A DNA stretch of 64,000 nucleotides from Spirochaetia bacterium (GCA_965226065.1 OZ245332.1:1316774-1380773); one strand, 5' to 3'. Numbered from the stretch's first letter, positions 36,362-46,977 are shown. The notes: generated from the sequence alone by a model not told the origin. Made by a program: numbers and translations.

Positions 36362-37679
36362 AGTGTAATACTTGCATGGGTGTTATTTTTGTAACCTGTC
36401 GTACTGCAAAATATGCGCTTATCATAATAATTATGCCTGTACATAGTATAATCGCAGCAACTTCGTGAGTATGCAAAAACCCTATGCGTATTTCTTTCAG
36501 TGGCATTATCACGTTCGCATTGTTTTGTAGCATATCCAATATTTTCGGATATGCGAAAAAGATGCCCAGACCGAAGAGTAATCCTAACACTATCCCTAAT
36601 AATCCTATACACATGCTTTCGACTAAAAACCACATGCGTATGTTTTGTGGTGTTGCGCCCATGGTGCGTAGAGACACAATGTCGTCGCGTTTTGTATTTA
36701 TGCGTCTGCGCAAGGTAAAACGAAAATGCAGTGCAATGACTGCAAAGATGATGGCTGCAAGCAGTGCTAAAAGCGTTTTTTCGGTTTTCAGTGCAAAGTA
36801 AAAAGAGTGGTTATTCTCTTGCCATGAGCGTACATTGCGTAATATGCTTTGCACGCCTTGCATGGTATGTGCCGTGTTTTTCATGCGTAAGCCAAAGCGC
36901 AGCCCTGTGAGTTTTTTCTCTTTTATGTTTTGTTTTGTACTGGAACTTGTAGCTGCCATACTTTGTGCATAATCAAAAAGCGATATAAAAGCCCATGTTC
37001 TATCGTAGTTACTAGCAGTGTAAAAAATATTTGATACTATCAATGTCAGCGTGTTTGGCTTAAAGCCTAAACCTGCTCCGGGGAGGGTAAGTCGTATTAC
37101 ATCGCCGCGATATACCTCAAGTTGTGATGCAAGTGCCCAACCGAGCTGTATGCTTCCGTGCTCTATAAAACCGTTTGTGCTTGTAGCATGTGCCGTAGTT
37201 TTTTGCATTACAGATACAAATGTCATATCCTTTTGCGCTGCATTGCTGTCTATCGCGCGTACATGCGCAACCAAAGACCCTTTGTCTGTGCTTATGAGCG
37301 CAAACTCATCAATAAAGGGTACGACGGTGTTTATTCCTTTTATATTTTGTATTTTTTCAGTCTGTGTTTTGATTTGTGAAAGTGAGAGTGGCTGTGCGGA
37401 TACCCCGCTGTATTCGTATGATTCTATGCTTATTAAGTTTTTGATGAGCACATCTTGTAATCCATTCATAACACCGATGACTACTGTTACGCTTAAGACG
37501 CCTGCGGCAATGCTTATTGCTGAGAGAATAAGCGATATATTATTTTTTCGCTTTGCAAACAAGCTTTGTATTATAAGATGAGCTATCCACATGCTACGGT
37601 AATATTTTTTCGTATTCTTTGCGAGATCCCACATAACGTATTTCAAGCACGGGTTTTCCTTTGTGAAATTGCGTTTCAA
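36354..37679 (-). CDS. LolC/E ABC permease
   Basis: GVLSVTVVIGVMNGLQ and IVSLRTMGAT. Confidence 0.85.
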   Translation of the reverse strand: MKRNFTKENPCLKYVMWDLAKNTKKYYRSMWIAHLIIQSLFAKRKNNISLILSAISIAAGVLSVTVVIGVMNGLQDVLIKNLISIESYEYSGVSAQPLSLSQIKTQTEKIQNIKGINTVVPFIDEFALISTDKGSLVAHVRAIDSNAAQKDMTFVSVMQKTTAHATSTNGFIEHGSIQLGWALASQLEVYRGDVIRLTLPGAGLGFKPNTLTLIVSNIFYTASNYDRTWAFISLFDYAQSMAATSSSTKQNIKEKKLTGLRFGLRMKNTAHTMQGVQSILRNVRSWQENNHSFYFALKTEKTLLALLAAIIFAVIALHFRFTLRRRINTKRDDIVSLRTMGATPQNIRMWFLVESMCIGLLGIVLGLLFGLGIFFAYPKILDMLQNNANVIMPLKEIRIGFLHTHEVAAIILCTGIIIMISAYFAVRQVTKITPMQVLHYE

Positions 37680-38871
37680 TTCTCACATCTTGTTCTGCGT
37701 ATTTTATTTCCTTAGTAAGCACAAAGTCTACATACTCGCGCTTTTTTACTAATGTTCCGCTCTTGTCAAAAAAAGACTCACTGTTCTTTTCGTGGAGAAA
37801 CTTTGCGTTTTTTTCTGCCGTGCTTGTTTCATTGCTGTGGTATTCATACTGTACGGTTGACGTGATAGTTTCGGTTTCTTTGTTATCTTTTGTTTTGTTT
37901 TTTTCGTAGAGAACGGTTTTTTGTTTTTTTGCATTTTTATATGTAGAGAGATATCGCGATTGCGCTGTTATTTCTTCTTCTGATTCTATGTTGTTGTTTT
38001 TGTCAAAGCGATACATTATTTTGTATTCAAGTGTTCCTTCGCTGTTATAGCGTGCAGATTCTTTGAGTAGGCCTGTACGCGTATATTTTTTGTAGGATAT
38101 AGATTTATCTGCATTTTGATGAAACTCTTCTTCCAGCCCCCCATCACTAAAATAGTACACAAAACGAACAAGAGAATCATCGCGGTATTTTCTCGTTAGC
38201 GTACGTAGTGCACCCTTACTTGTATATTGATAAGATTCTGAAAATGATACTTGTTCACCTTCATAGCGAACAAGTGAATCTAAAGCACCGTTTGCACGAA
38301 AAATGTGTATTTCTACAAAAAGTGATTTTCCTGTATTTCGTTCTGCGTATGTAGGTATTCGGGTTTTAATTTCTTCTTTCTCTTTTGTTGTTTTTTGTTT
38401 CTCTTCCGAAAGAGATGTCTCTTCGTTTTCTTTTTGTATTTGTGTTGTGGCATACTTAGTATGCAATGGTATGTAGGGCACAAACATAATGTCGTAGATA
38501 CGATAGCCTACACCACGAGTTTCTTTTAAAAAGATGCGTCCTTTTGTATCATTTACCGTTTTTTCTAAATAGGGCTTATCATCTTCAAAGCGACGCACGT
38601 ACACATTTATTTGGCCTAGTGGTATGCGCGAAGCTACTTGTTGAGGATTTGCAAACCACGTAATGTTTGTCGCAGGTTTACGTGGTGCTTCCTTGTAGCG
38701 CGATGCATATTCGTTTGGAGTTAACGCCACTTCGTTTTTTTGTTCAAGTGGTACTTCTTCAGGTTTTGTATTTTTTTCAGGAACACCTTCAGTGTGAGGT
38801 GGAACATATATTTGCGCTTTTATAGCAACGCTGAGAAACACAAAAAGAGCAATCATGAGCAAAAAATGCAT
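37594..38871 (-). CDS. Hypothetical secreted protein
   Basis: Probable start at ATG 38871 (MHFLLMIALFVFLSVAIKAQ signal peptide); the longer ORF call overlaps ftsY. Confidence 0.65.
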   Translation of the reverse strand: MHFLLMIALFVFLSVAIKAQIYVPPHTEGVPEKNTKPEEVPLEQKNEVALTPNEYASRYKEAPRKPATNITWFANPQQVASRIPLGQINVYVRRFEDDKPYLEKTVNDTKGRIFLKETRGVGYRIYDIMFVPYIPLHTKYATTQIQKENEETSLSEEKQKTTKEKEEIKTRIPTYAERNTGKSLFVEIHIFRANGALDSLVRYEGEQVSFSESYQYTSKGALRTLTRKYRDDSLVRFVYYFSDGGLEEEFHQNADKSISYKKYTRTGLLKESARYNSEGTLEYKIMYRFDKNNNIESEEEITAQSRYLSTYKNAKKQKTVLYEKNKTKDNKETETITSTVQYEYHSNETSTAEKNAKFLHEKNSESFFDKSGTLVKKREYVDFVLTKEIKYAEQDVRIETQFHKGKPVLEIRYVGSRKEYEKILP

Positions 38872-38905
38872 TGACCTACTAGTAAAAATACTGATATGCC
38901 GTTTT

Positions 38906-39778
38906 TTATTCCGATAAAAAATCACGAAGAAAATACTCCTTATCAAAGGTATGCAGGTCGCTGTAGTTCTCTCCAGTACCGATGAACGCACAGGGTATGG
39001 CGCATTCTTGCGATATGCTGATGATGACACCGCCTCTTGTGCTTCCATCGTATTTTGAAAGAATAAATGTGTCTAGAGGAATTGCTTCTGCAAAGTCTTT
39101 TACTTGAGTTACGGTATTAAGCCCGCTATTTCCGTCTATGATGATGAAGGATATGATGTTTTCTTTAGGGACTTGTTTTTGCACAATGCGGTGTATTTTC
39201 TCTAGTTGTGCGATGAGATCTTTTCGGGTATTCATGCGTCCTGCCGTATCTATCAGTACATACTTTTGAAGAGAGCTTCGTGCATGTGAGACCGCATCAT
39301 ACGCAACGGCGGCGGGGTCTGCTCCATCGTGTTGTTTTATGCATTTCACGCCAAGAGAAGTTGCATGTTTTTCTAGTTGTGATATAGCCGCAGCTCGAAA
39401 AGTATCGCCTGCTGCAAGGGATATAGCTTGTGGAGCTATCTTATTCTGATGCATGAGATAGTAGGCAAATTTTGCGATACTTGTGGTTTTTCCAACGCCG
39501 TTTACTCCTGCAAATAAACAAACGGTAGGATCTTGCCCAGCGCTCTGGGAAGGAAGTTCGTAAGGGTCTAAGATTAAAGCGCGTAGTATGTCAGTAAGCG
39601 TTGAAATGATTTTTGCACTATTGCTTGAAATACCTAATCGTGCTTCTAAGCGTGCAATCGTCTTAAAACACAAGGTAGGAGTAAGCCCTGATTCTAGAAG
39701 TATGTCTTCAAGTTGCGCTATATTTATAGAAGCTTCTTTGTTTCTAAAAAGCTTACCTATGGTACGTAATAATTTCAT
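38906..39778 (-). CDS. ftsY: SRP receptor FtsY (NG domain only)
   Basis: GVNGVGKTTSIAK, DTFRAAA, DTAGR and KYDGSTRGG. Confidence 0.95.
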   Translation of the reverse strand: MKLLRTIGKLFRNKEASINIAQLEDILLESGLTPTLCFKTIARLEARLGISSNSAKIISTLTDILRALILDPYELPSQSAGQDPTVCLFAGVNGVGKTTSIAKFAYYLMHQNKIAPQAISLAAGDTFRAAAISQLEKHATSLGVKCIKQHDGADPAAVAYDAVSHARSSLQKYVLIDTAGRMNTRKDLIAQLEKIHRIVQKQVPKENIISFIIIDGNSGLNTVTQVKDFAEAIPLDTFILSKYDGSTRGGVIISISQECAIPCAFIGTGENYSDLHTFDKEYFLRDFLSE

Positions 39779-39850
39779 GTATTCTCCGTTTTACATTTGA
39801 ACCCGTGCGAAGTTTGCACTTATGGCAGTGATACAATATTGTTATTTTAC

Positions 39851-41368
39851 CTATCTATCGTGATATGCACTTGCGGTACGTAAGTAAAGAATGAGTTCTA
39901 CAAATGCATAAATAGCCAATGATCCTGCTAAAGCAGCGGTTCCTATATATGAATAAAAATAATCCTGACGTCGTTTATTTGATTTTACAAAAGATTTTCG
40001 TGAGACTTGTCTGCTATTAGAAATTGCTATCAGAGCTGTATTTTCGCTTGTATATAATCCATTAAGCACGATGGGGGGAATAAGCGATGCTCCAAAAATT
40101 GCAAACGCAGTATAAAAGCGGTTTCGTCTTTTTTTTAATTGAACTTTAAGCGGCACGGCATAGCTAGGCTTAAGTTTTATCGATATGCTTGCAGGTGCAA
40201 CGCTGTTAATAGTAAGTCGAGTATCTTCATGCTCTGAAAGTCGTAACTCAACTTGATCTGCAGTATTACCTACAGGGCGCGAAATTACCGTAGGAGTATT
40301 ACCCACCCATTGCGAATTGACATATACGCGCGCATCAGGTGGTGTTGATAAGAGCGTTACCGTATTTTCTGAATTTGTATTGAATAACACACTACGTACT
40401 GCTTTATCACCGGGTTTTAAATCGACAATGAGGCTACGCTGTTCTCCTTGAAAATTTACAATTATGGAATGACTACCTTCTGCTATGACATCTAAGTTTG
40501 CAGAACCAAAGCCAACTACATCGCCATCTACTAGTATAGGCGCGTCTTTTGCCCTTGTAAGCCATGTTGATTCTTCAGAGTCTACTTTTACTTCAATATG
40601 TAACGACGCTGAAAGCGCGCCAAGTAGATGCGTGTTTATAGCTTTTTGTAACGCATCTTGTATCAAGGGTATCTTTTCTTCGTGTAGTATTGTACGCATA
40701 ACGAGTTGTTTTTGTTTTACAATTGCGTTGTAGCTATAAATTTTTATGATGATGTATCCATCTTGAAGTTCATCAATGGTAAAATACAATACAAATTCTG
40801 CAGCAAATTCATCTGCAAGCGCTTGGAAATCTTGTACTTTTTTTATCGATAGGTATTTAGATTGTTCAATGAATTTTATCGGCAAAGAAGATTCGAGAGG
40901 TATATGTTCTACTTTTAATTTTTCTACGGTCTTTATTTTTTTCTTCAATGTATTGATTGTTTTCTGATTTTCAAAATGCTCAAGCCATGTTTCTTTTTTA
41001 TTGTCTAAAAGATGCTTCTCTTCTTGTTTTACAATTTCGTCTTTTAGTTGTTTTTCAAGCGATGCAATGGCTTTCACGCGCAATTGTTCTTTTATATGTA
41101 TCATTTCTTCAGCATTTATGACACGCTTTGGCACTGTTCTTACTGCATCGTCTAAAAGAGAATTAAGAAACAAAGCGGTTTTACGCACTACGCTGCTCAT
41201 GGCGTCAAAGTTATCAGACTGTATACCTACAGCAGCAACATTCCATGCGGAGAGAAATTTATTTTCCCTACTAGGTTTTTCTTGCTCGGGTTGTGCAAAT
41301 GCAAACGCATGTACAAAAATGCACATTGTGTAAACGAGAAGCGAGCGTACGAGGCATGTATTATTCAT
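39851..41368 (-). CDS. PEGA-domain secreted protein
   Basis: Signal peptide; LSTPPDARVYVNSQWVGNTP (PEGA); C-terminal TM segments. Confidence 0.8.
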   Translation of the reverse strand: MNNTCLVRSLLVYTMCIFVHAFAFAQPEQEKPSRENKFLSAWNVAAVGIQSDNFDAMSSVVRKTALFLNSLLDDAVRTVPKRVINAEEMIHIKEQLRVKAIASLEKQLKDEIVKQEEKHLLDNKKETWLEHFENQKTINTLKKKIKTVEKLKVEHIPLESSLPIKFIEQSKYLSIKKVQDFQALADEFAAEFVLYFTIDELQDGYIIIKIYSYNAIVKQKQLVMRTILHEEKIPLIQDALQKAINTHLLGALSASLHIEVKVDSEESTWLTRAKDAPILVDGDVVGFGSANLDVIAEGSHSIIVNFQGEQRSLIVDLKPGDKAVRSVLFNTNSENTVTLLSTPPDARVYVNSQWVGNTPTVISRPVGNTADQVELRLSEHEDTRLTINSVAPASISIKLKPSYAVPLKVQLKKRRNRFYTAFAIFGASLIPPIVLNGLYTSENTALIAISNSRQVSRKSFVKSNKRRQDYFYSYIGTAALAGSLAIYAFVELILYLRTASAYHDR

Positions 41369-42471
41369 ATGCGTTGTCTTGAAGATATGCAGTGATAAAC
41401 ACATCTATTTCACCATTCATTACCGCTTGCACATTACCGATTTCTGTGTTTGTTCTGTGGTCTTTTACGAGAGAGTAGGGGTGAAACACGTAAGATCGAA
41501 TTTGATTACCCCATGCTATGTCTTTTTTTTGATGCATGGTTTTTTCTCGCTCTGCTTTTTGCTGTTGCTGAAAGTGGTCGTGAAGGCGACTTTTTAAAAT
41601 TTTTAATGCAGTATTTTTATTTTTGTGTTGAGAGCGTTCGTTTTGACATTGCACTACAATGCCCGTCGATATATGCGTAATTCGCACCGCAGAATCAGTT
41701 TTGTTTACATGTTGTCCACCTGCTCCGCTTGCACGATAGGTGTCTATGCGTATTTCATCTGTAGTAAGTTCAACTTCTGTTTCGTCTTCAATAATAGGAG
41801 AAGCGTGTACAGAGGCAAATGTCGTATGTCTACGCCCGCTGCTATCAAAAGGCGATATTCGTACAAGTCTGTGAATACCTGTTTCCGCATGCAAGTAGCC
41901 GTAGGCGTATGAGCCGCGGACTTCCACGATTGCGGATTTTACACCCCCTTCGGCGTATTGAATGTCTAGCGTGTTCGTGCTAAAGCCTTTGCGCTCACAC
42001 CAGCGCATGTAAAGTCGAATAAGCATTTGCACCCAATCGCAAGATTCAGTACCACCTGCACCTGTGTGAATGGTAAGAAATGCGTTACTTTTATCGTAGA
42101 CTCCGTTTAGAAGTGCCTTTGTTTTAAGCTCTGCAAAGGCGCCTTGCGTCTTTTGGTATTCGGTAGACAATTGCTCAAGCGTTGTTTTTTGCTCTTCTTC
42201 ATTAGCTTCTTTTAGCAACTCGTAAAGCACTACCATGTCTTCAGCAGATTGCTTGACAGCGTGCCAATTTTCGAGAAGCTTTTTTTTCTCATTTAATGCA
42301 TAGAACGTTTGCTCAGCCTTTTGGCGGTCGTTCCAAAAATGTTCTTCTTGTGTTTTTTTTTCAAGTGCATCTATTTCTCGGCTCATTTTTTCCGAGTCAA
42401 AGACGCCTCCAGTTTTCTAGCACCTCTTTTTGAAGCGATGCTAAAAGCTCAGGATTTTCAATTATATTCAT
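41361..42471 (-). CDS. prfB: Peptide chain release factor 2 with programmed +1 frameshift
   Basis: 24-codon first frame ends TGG AGG CGT CTT TGA C; second frame has the SPF and GGQ motifs. Confidence 0.96.
42396..42410 (-). promoter_or_regulatory. RF2 +1 frameshift site (internal SD GGAGG + CTT TGA C)
   Basis: Minus strand reads GGAGG CGT CTT TGA C. Confidence 0.95.
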
Positions 42472-42628
42472 ACTGTAAAGTATATCATGGCTATCTTTTT
42501 CTTATGTCTTATGTTATGGGTATTGTTCTAGAAAAGAAGTACATTTTCATGCATTATTTACAAATAATGTAAATAAAAAAGTTATATACTTGTTATAGTA
42601 TCTTGTTTATAATATAACGATTATTGAA

Positions 42629-43435
42629 ATGAAGAAAGAAACTATTATTCAATTGCATGAGAAGATAAAAAAAGTATCTCCATTGGTGCATAACATTACA
42701 AATTACGTTGCAATGAATATTACGGCAAATGCACTTCTTGCGATAGGAGCATCTCCTGTTATGGCACATGCTCAGGCAGAAGTATCAGACATTGTTTCTA
42801 TTGCTTCTGCGTTAGTTATTAACATAGGCACACTAAGCGATGATTCGATTTCGAGTATGTTTCTCGCTGCTAAAACAGCGAAGGAACAGTGCAAGCCATT
42901 TGTCTTAGATCCCGTAGGATCGGGTGCTTCATCGTATAGAACTAAAACCTGTAATGCTCTTATGAAAGAAAGCAGCCCAAGTGTTATACGAGGGAATGCT
43001 TCAGAGATTATGAGCTTATGCGAATACGACATTGAAACAAAAGGTGTTGATAGTGCTGTTAAAAGCCATCGCGCTATAGACGCTGCAAAGAAACTCGTGC
43101 AACAAAGCGATGCTACTGTCGTGGTAAGTGGTGAAATTGATTATGTGGTTTCTCATAATACGATAAGTGAAATACGAAACGGCGATGTGCTTATGAGGCG
43201 TGTTACAGGCATAGGTTGTACTGCTACTGCACTTATCGGTGCTTTTGTGGCAGTGGAGCAACATATGCATACTGCATCAGTAGCAGCAATGGCACTTATG
43301 GGTATTGCGGGAGAAATCGCTGCTACCGTTGCAAACGCTCCGGGAAGTTTTCACACTGCTTTCATAGATGCGTTATATGAAATAAATGCTGATGATATTT
43401 CAAGTAAAATTTCTGTGAACACACATGACTATTGA
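42629..43435 (+). CDS. thiM: Hydroxyethylthiazole kinase
   Basis: PLVHNITNYV, ANALLAIGASPVMA, LDPVG, RGNASEI and GIGC. Confidence 0.95.
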   Translation: MKKETIIQLHEKIKKVSPLVHNITNYVAMNITANALLAIGASPVMAHAQAEVSDIVSIASALVINIGTLSDDSISSMFLAAKTAKEQCKPFVLDPVGSGASSYRTKTCNALMKESSPSVIRGNASEIMSLCEYDIETKGVDSAVKSHRAIDAAKKLVQQSDATVVVSGEIDYVVSHNTISEIRNGDVLMRRVTGIGCTATALIGAFVAVEQHMHTASVAAMALMGIAGEIAATVANAPGSFHTAFIDALYEINADDISSKISVNTHDY

Positions 43436-44069
43436 TTATTCGCTTATGTTTGTTACCGATGATCGTATTACCGATGAGATATTATTTCTCAATGTTTTAC
43501 GAGATTCACTTGAAGGTGGCGTATCTATAGTGCAATTACGAGAAAAAAAAACGAGTACGCGTTATATGTATAGACGCGCACGTGTAGCACAAACGCTTTG
43601 TCGTAAATATGAGGTGCCATTTATTGTCAACGATAGGGTAGACATTGCATTAAGCGTTGATGCGGATGGGGTACACGTAGGACAAACTGATATGCCATTG
43701 CACGTCGTGCGAAAGCTTTTAGGGCGTGATAAAATAATAGGGCTTTCGATAAGCAGCGAACGCGAAGTTGTTCTTTCTACAATAGGCGAGGAGGTAGATT
43801 ATTTGGGAGTAGGCCCTGTGTTTGCGACCGACACAAAAATTGAAAATTTAGCACAACCATTGGGGATTAAAAATTTAACTTCAATACGTATGCTTACAAG
43901 CAAACCTTTAGTAGCCATTGGTGGTATTAGCATTGCGAATGCTCAGGCGGTTTTAGGTACAGGGGTGGAAGGTATTGCGGTTGTTTCAGAAATTTCGCAA
44001 GCGGAAAATCCGCTACAAAATAGCAAAACATTACGGAGGATTGTATGGAAAGCTGGTATGAGAAAATGA
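43425..44069 (+). CDS. thiE: Thiamine-phosphate synthase
   Basis: VQLREK, NDRVDIA, GVHVGQTD, TDTK and AIGGI. Confidence 0.95.
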   Translation: MTIDYSLMFVTDDRITDEILFLNVLRDSLEGGVSIVQLREKKTSTRYMYRRARVAQTLCRKYEVPFIVNDRVDIALSVDADGVHVGQTDMPLHVVRKLLGRDKIIGLSISSEREVVLSTIGEEVDYLGVGPVFATDTKIENLAQPLGIKNLTSIRMLTSKPLVAIGGISIANAQAVLGTGVEGIAVVSEISQAENPLQNSKTLRRIVWKAGMRK

Positions 44070-44692
44070 GATTGAAAACAGATTATATTATCAAAGCTAT
44101 TTTTCAGCATGATTTTATCAAAAAGTTGCTCACGGGCAAATTAGATGCGAGCACCTTTATTTTTTATGTGCAACAAGATGTCTTATATCTTTCAGAATAT
44201 CGCCGCGTGCTCGCTATCTTAGGTGCTCGCTTACATCAAACTGATCATTCGCAGTTTTTCATTGATTCTGCGAATAAAGTAATTTCTACCGAGAGTGAAG
44301 TTCATGATAAATTCTTGCAAGGAATAGGGACAGCATTTCATTCTCCGACTTGTGAATTATACATAAGCTATTTGAGTAGAATAGTTAATACACAATCAGT
44401 GGAAGTGGGGATGGCTGCGGTGTTGCCGTGCTTTACTATTTATCGAGAAGTAGGTAATTACATATTCAAAAATCAAGAATCAGGCAAAAATCCATATCAA
44501 GATTGGATAGACACCTATAATAGCGAGTCATTTTCGGTGACTACGGATACCGCTATAGAAATTTGTAATTCATATGCGCATATTACAAATAATGCAACGC
44601 AGCTTGCTATGGAAAAAGCGTTTCTCATGTCTTCAAAATTAGAATGGATGTTTTGGGACAGTGCATATCAAAAAGAGCAGTGGAAAATATGA
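44066..44692 (+). CDS. tenA: TenA (thiaminase II / aminopyrimidine aminohydrolase), copy 1
   Basis: YVQQDVLYL, AAVLPCFTIY (catalytic Cys), YQDWIDTY and EWMFWD. Confidence 0.92.
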   Translation: MRLKTDYIIKAIFQHDFIKKLLTGKLDASTFIFYVQQDVLYLSEYRRVLAILGARLHQTDHSQFFIDSANKVISTESEVHDKFLQGIGTAFHSPTCELYISYLSRIVNTQSVEVGMAAVLPCFTIYREVGNYIFKNQESGKNPYQDWIDTYNSESFSVTTDTAIEICNSYAHITNNATQLAMEKAFLMSSKLEWMFWDSAYQKEQWKI

Positions 44693-44799
44693 TGCAAAAG
44701 TATAATGTTGTTTTGAAAATTACAAAAAGCGATAGTGGACACTCCGCTACAAAATAGTGAAACATTACTGAGGATTGTATGGAAAATTGGTATGGAAAA

Positions 44800-45426
44800 A
44801 TGAGATCGAAAACAGATTATATTATTCAAGCTATTTGTCGGCATACTTTTATCAAAAAACTGCTCACGGGTAAATTAGATGCGAGCACCTTTATTTTTTT
44901 TGTGCAACAAGATGTCTTATATCTCTCAGAATATCGTCGCGTGTTTGCTCTCTTAGGTGCTCGCTTGCCTCAAACTGATCATTCGCAGTTTTTCATTGAT
45001 TCTGCGAATAAGGTAGTTTCTACCGAGAATGAAGCTCATGAAAAATTCTTGCAAGGAATAGAGCCAGCGTTGCATTCTCCAACTTGTGAATTATACATAA
45101 GCTATTTGAGCAGAGTAGTTAATACACAATCAGTGGAAGTAGGGATGGCTGCGGTGTTGCCGTACTTGACTGCTTGTCGAGAAGTAGGTAATTACATAGT
45201 AAAAAATCAAAAATCAGGCAAGAATCCATATCAAGATTGGATAGATACCTATAATAGCGAGTCATTTTCGGTGACTACGGATACCGCTATAGAAATTTGT
45301 AATTCATATGCGCATATTACAAATAATGCAACGCAGTTTGCTATGGAAAAAGCGTTTCTTATGTCTTCAAAATTAGAATGGATGTTTTGGGACAGTGCGT
45401 ATCAAAAAGAACAGTGGAAAATATAA
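44800..45426 (+). CDS. tenA: TenA copy 2 with altered active site
   Basis: Paralog of copy 1 with AAVLPYLTAC in place of AAVLPCFTIY. Confidence 0.9.
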   Translation: MRSKTDYIIQAICRHTFIKKLLTGKLDASTFIFFVQQDVLYLSEYRRVFALLGARLPQTDHSQFFIDSANKVVSTENEAHEKFLQGIEPALHSPTCELYISYLSRVVNTQSVEVGMAAVLPYLTACREVGNYIVKNQKSGKNPYQDWIDTYNSESFSVTTDTAIEICNSYAHITNNATQFAMEKAFLMSSKLEWMFWDSAYQKEQWKI

Positions 45427-46232
45427 TGCAAAAGTATAATGTTGTTTTGACAATTGCAGGAAGCGATTCGGGTGCTTGTGCAGGTATTCAAGCAGACATA
45501 AAGAGTATTGGTGCTAATGGTGCTTTTGCAAGTACTGCTATCACTGCGATTACCGCACAAAATACGGTAGGAGTACAGCACATATTTCCAATACCTGTAG
45601 AGCATATTATTCATCAAATTTATTCTGTATTGAGCGATATCAATGTACATGTCGTAAAGATAGGTATGCTTCATTCTGTCGAAGTCATAAAAGCAGTGCA
45701 AAATATTTTACAAAAATACCGTACTATTCCCATAGTGCTTGATCCTGTTATAGTTGCTACTTCGGGAGATACGCTTATCAGCGATGATGCAATTCATACC
45801 TTAAAAAGTTTTTTACCCGATGCTACGCTTATTACGCCTAATATTCCTGAAGCGCAGATATTACTCAATGGTGTTGCGATTGATGAACACAATATATCCG
45901 ACTCTGCACATCAGCTTGGTACAATGTATAACACTTCTGTGTTATTAAAGGGAGGGCATTTAAAAACAAAGAATATCGTGCGTGATGTTTTGTATCTGCA
46001 CGCAGAAAATAAGCATGTACTGTTTGAAAACGATTATATAGATACTAAAAACACACACGGTACAGGATGCACACTCTCTTCGGCTATTGCGGCACATATG
46101 GCGTGTGGTAAAAATATAGCGCAGGCAACAGCCTCTGCACGAGAGTATCTCTCTTGTGCGATAAAGTCTGGGGTTCATATGCAACTTGGCAAGGGCTGTG
46201 GTCCCGTACAGCACTTTTGTCTTAAGCCTTAG
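45426..46232 (+). CDS. thiD: HMP/HMP-phosphate kinase
   Basis: IAGSDSGACAGIQAD, VKIGML, LDPV, TPNIPEA and THGTGCTLSSAIA. Confidence 0.95.
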   Translation: MQKYNVVLTIAGSDSGACAGIQADIKSIGANGAFASTAITAITAQNTVGVQHIFPIPVEHIIHQIYSVLSDINVHVVKIGMLHSVEVIKAVQNILQKYRTIPIVLDPVIVATSGDTLISDDAIHTLKSFLPDATLITPNIPEAQILLNGVAIDEHNISDSAHQLGTMYNTSVLLKGGHLKTKNIVRDVLYLHAENKHVLFENDYIDTKNTHGTGCTLSSAIAAHMACGKNIAQATASAREYLSCAIKSGVHMQLGKGCGPVQHFCLKP

Positions 46233-46295
46233 ATAAGAACTCTGTTTTTGTTCTATTGATTTAGTTACCTTATTTCAATAATTTTCTGTAATCGT

Positions 46296-46332
46296 AGTCA
46301 GTGTATACCCACTACGATACAGGTATAAGTTA
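46296..46332. terminator. Hairpin between convergent thiD and the ABM gene
   Basis: ctgtaatcgtagt ... actacgatacag stem with one bulge; U-tract is weak. Confidence 0.4.
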
Positions 46333-46977
46333 TTTGTTAAGGTTTATTGCTAATACTTTATACTGTTTTGTCTTCGCTAGCACACCATCATCCCAGCCAC
46401 CAACAAGCAAGTCCTGTGCTTTTTTGTGAATGAGTCCTGCAACCTTACCATTAAGATGTGCTTCAACTCCAGATTGATCTGCAAAAAAATCAATAACGCC
46501 AAATTGATTATCGGTAAATTGCATACCATACCAAAAAGCTGTTTTCGGTTCTGTAGCCTTTATAACCTCTGCTCCATCGCTGAGAATTTTAGCAAAGTCC
46601 GCTTCTCTTTGAGTTTTAGCGTGAACGATGGTAATAACTGAAATATTCATTTCATCGGGATTATCAGAGGTCTTGCTTGATAAAATACGTGGATTTTTAA
46701 TATTAGACACTACTCCATTATCCCACCCGTCTTTTATGAGATTCTCGGCATTTTGTTTTACTAACGATGCTACCTGTCCCTTGAAATGAGCTTTTCTTCC
46801 TGCATCATCGGCGAATGTATCGAAAATAACCATTTCATCTTCATTTTGTAATGCCGCCCATAGTAATGTTAATGGTTCAGTTTTTGCTACTAATTGAGCA
46901 CTTGTACTCAAAAATTGTACTAATTCTTGTTGTTTACCTTCTTTTGCGTGAATATTTATATAACTTGCTTCTTTCAT
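46330..46977 (-). CDS. Tandem ABM-like (putative quinol monooxygenase) two-domain protein
   Basis: Two similar halves: TEPLTLLW..IFDTFAD..GRKAHFKGQVA and TEPKTAFW..VIDFFAD..GVEAHLNGKVA. Confidence 0.75.
   Translation of the reverse strand: MKEASYINIHAKEGKQQELVQFLSTSAQLVAKTEPLTLLWAALQNEDEMVIFDTFADDAGRKAHFKGQVASLVKQNAENLIKDGWDNGVVSNIKNPRILSSKTSDNPDEMNISVITIVHAKTQREADFAKILSDGAEVIKATEPKTAFWYGMQFTDNQFGVIDFFADQSGVEAHLNGKVAGLIHKKAQDLLVGGWDDGVLAKTKQYKVLAINLNK

Larger units (their letters stand above)
44010..45477 (+). repeat. 734-bp tandem duplication (thiE 3' end + tenA + thiD 5' start)
   Basis: ccgctacaaaatag at 44010 and 44744; a truncated MQKYNVVLKITKSDSG thiD start follows copy 1. Confidence 0.92.
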
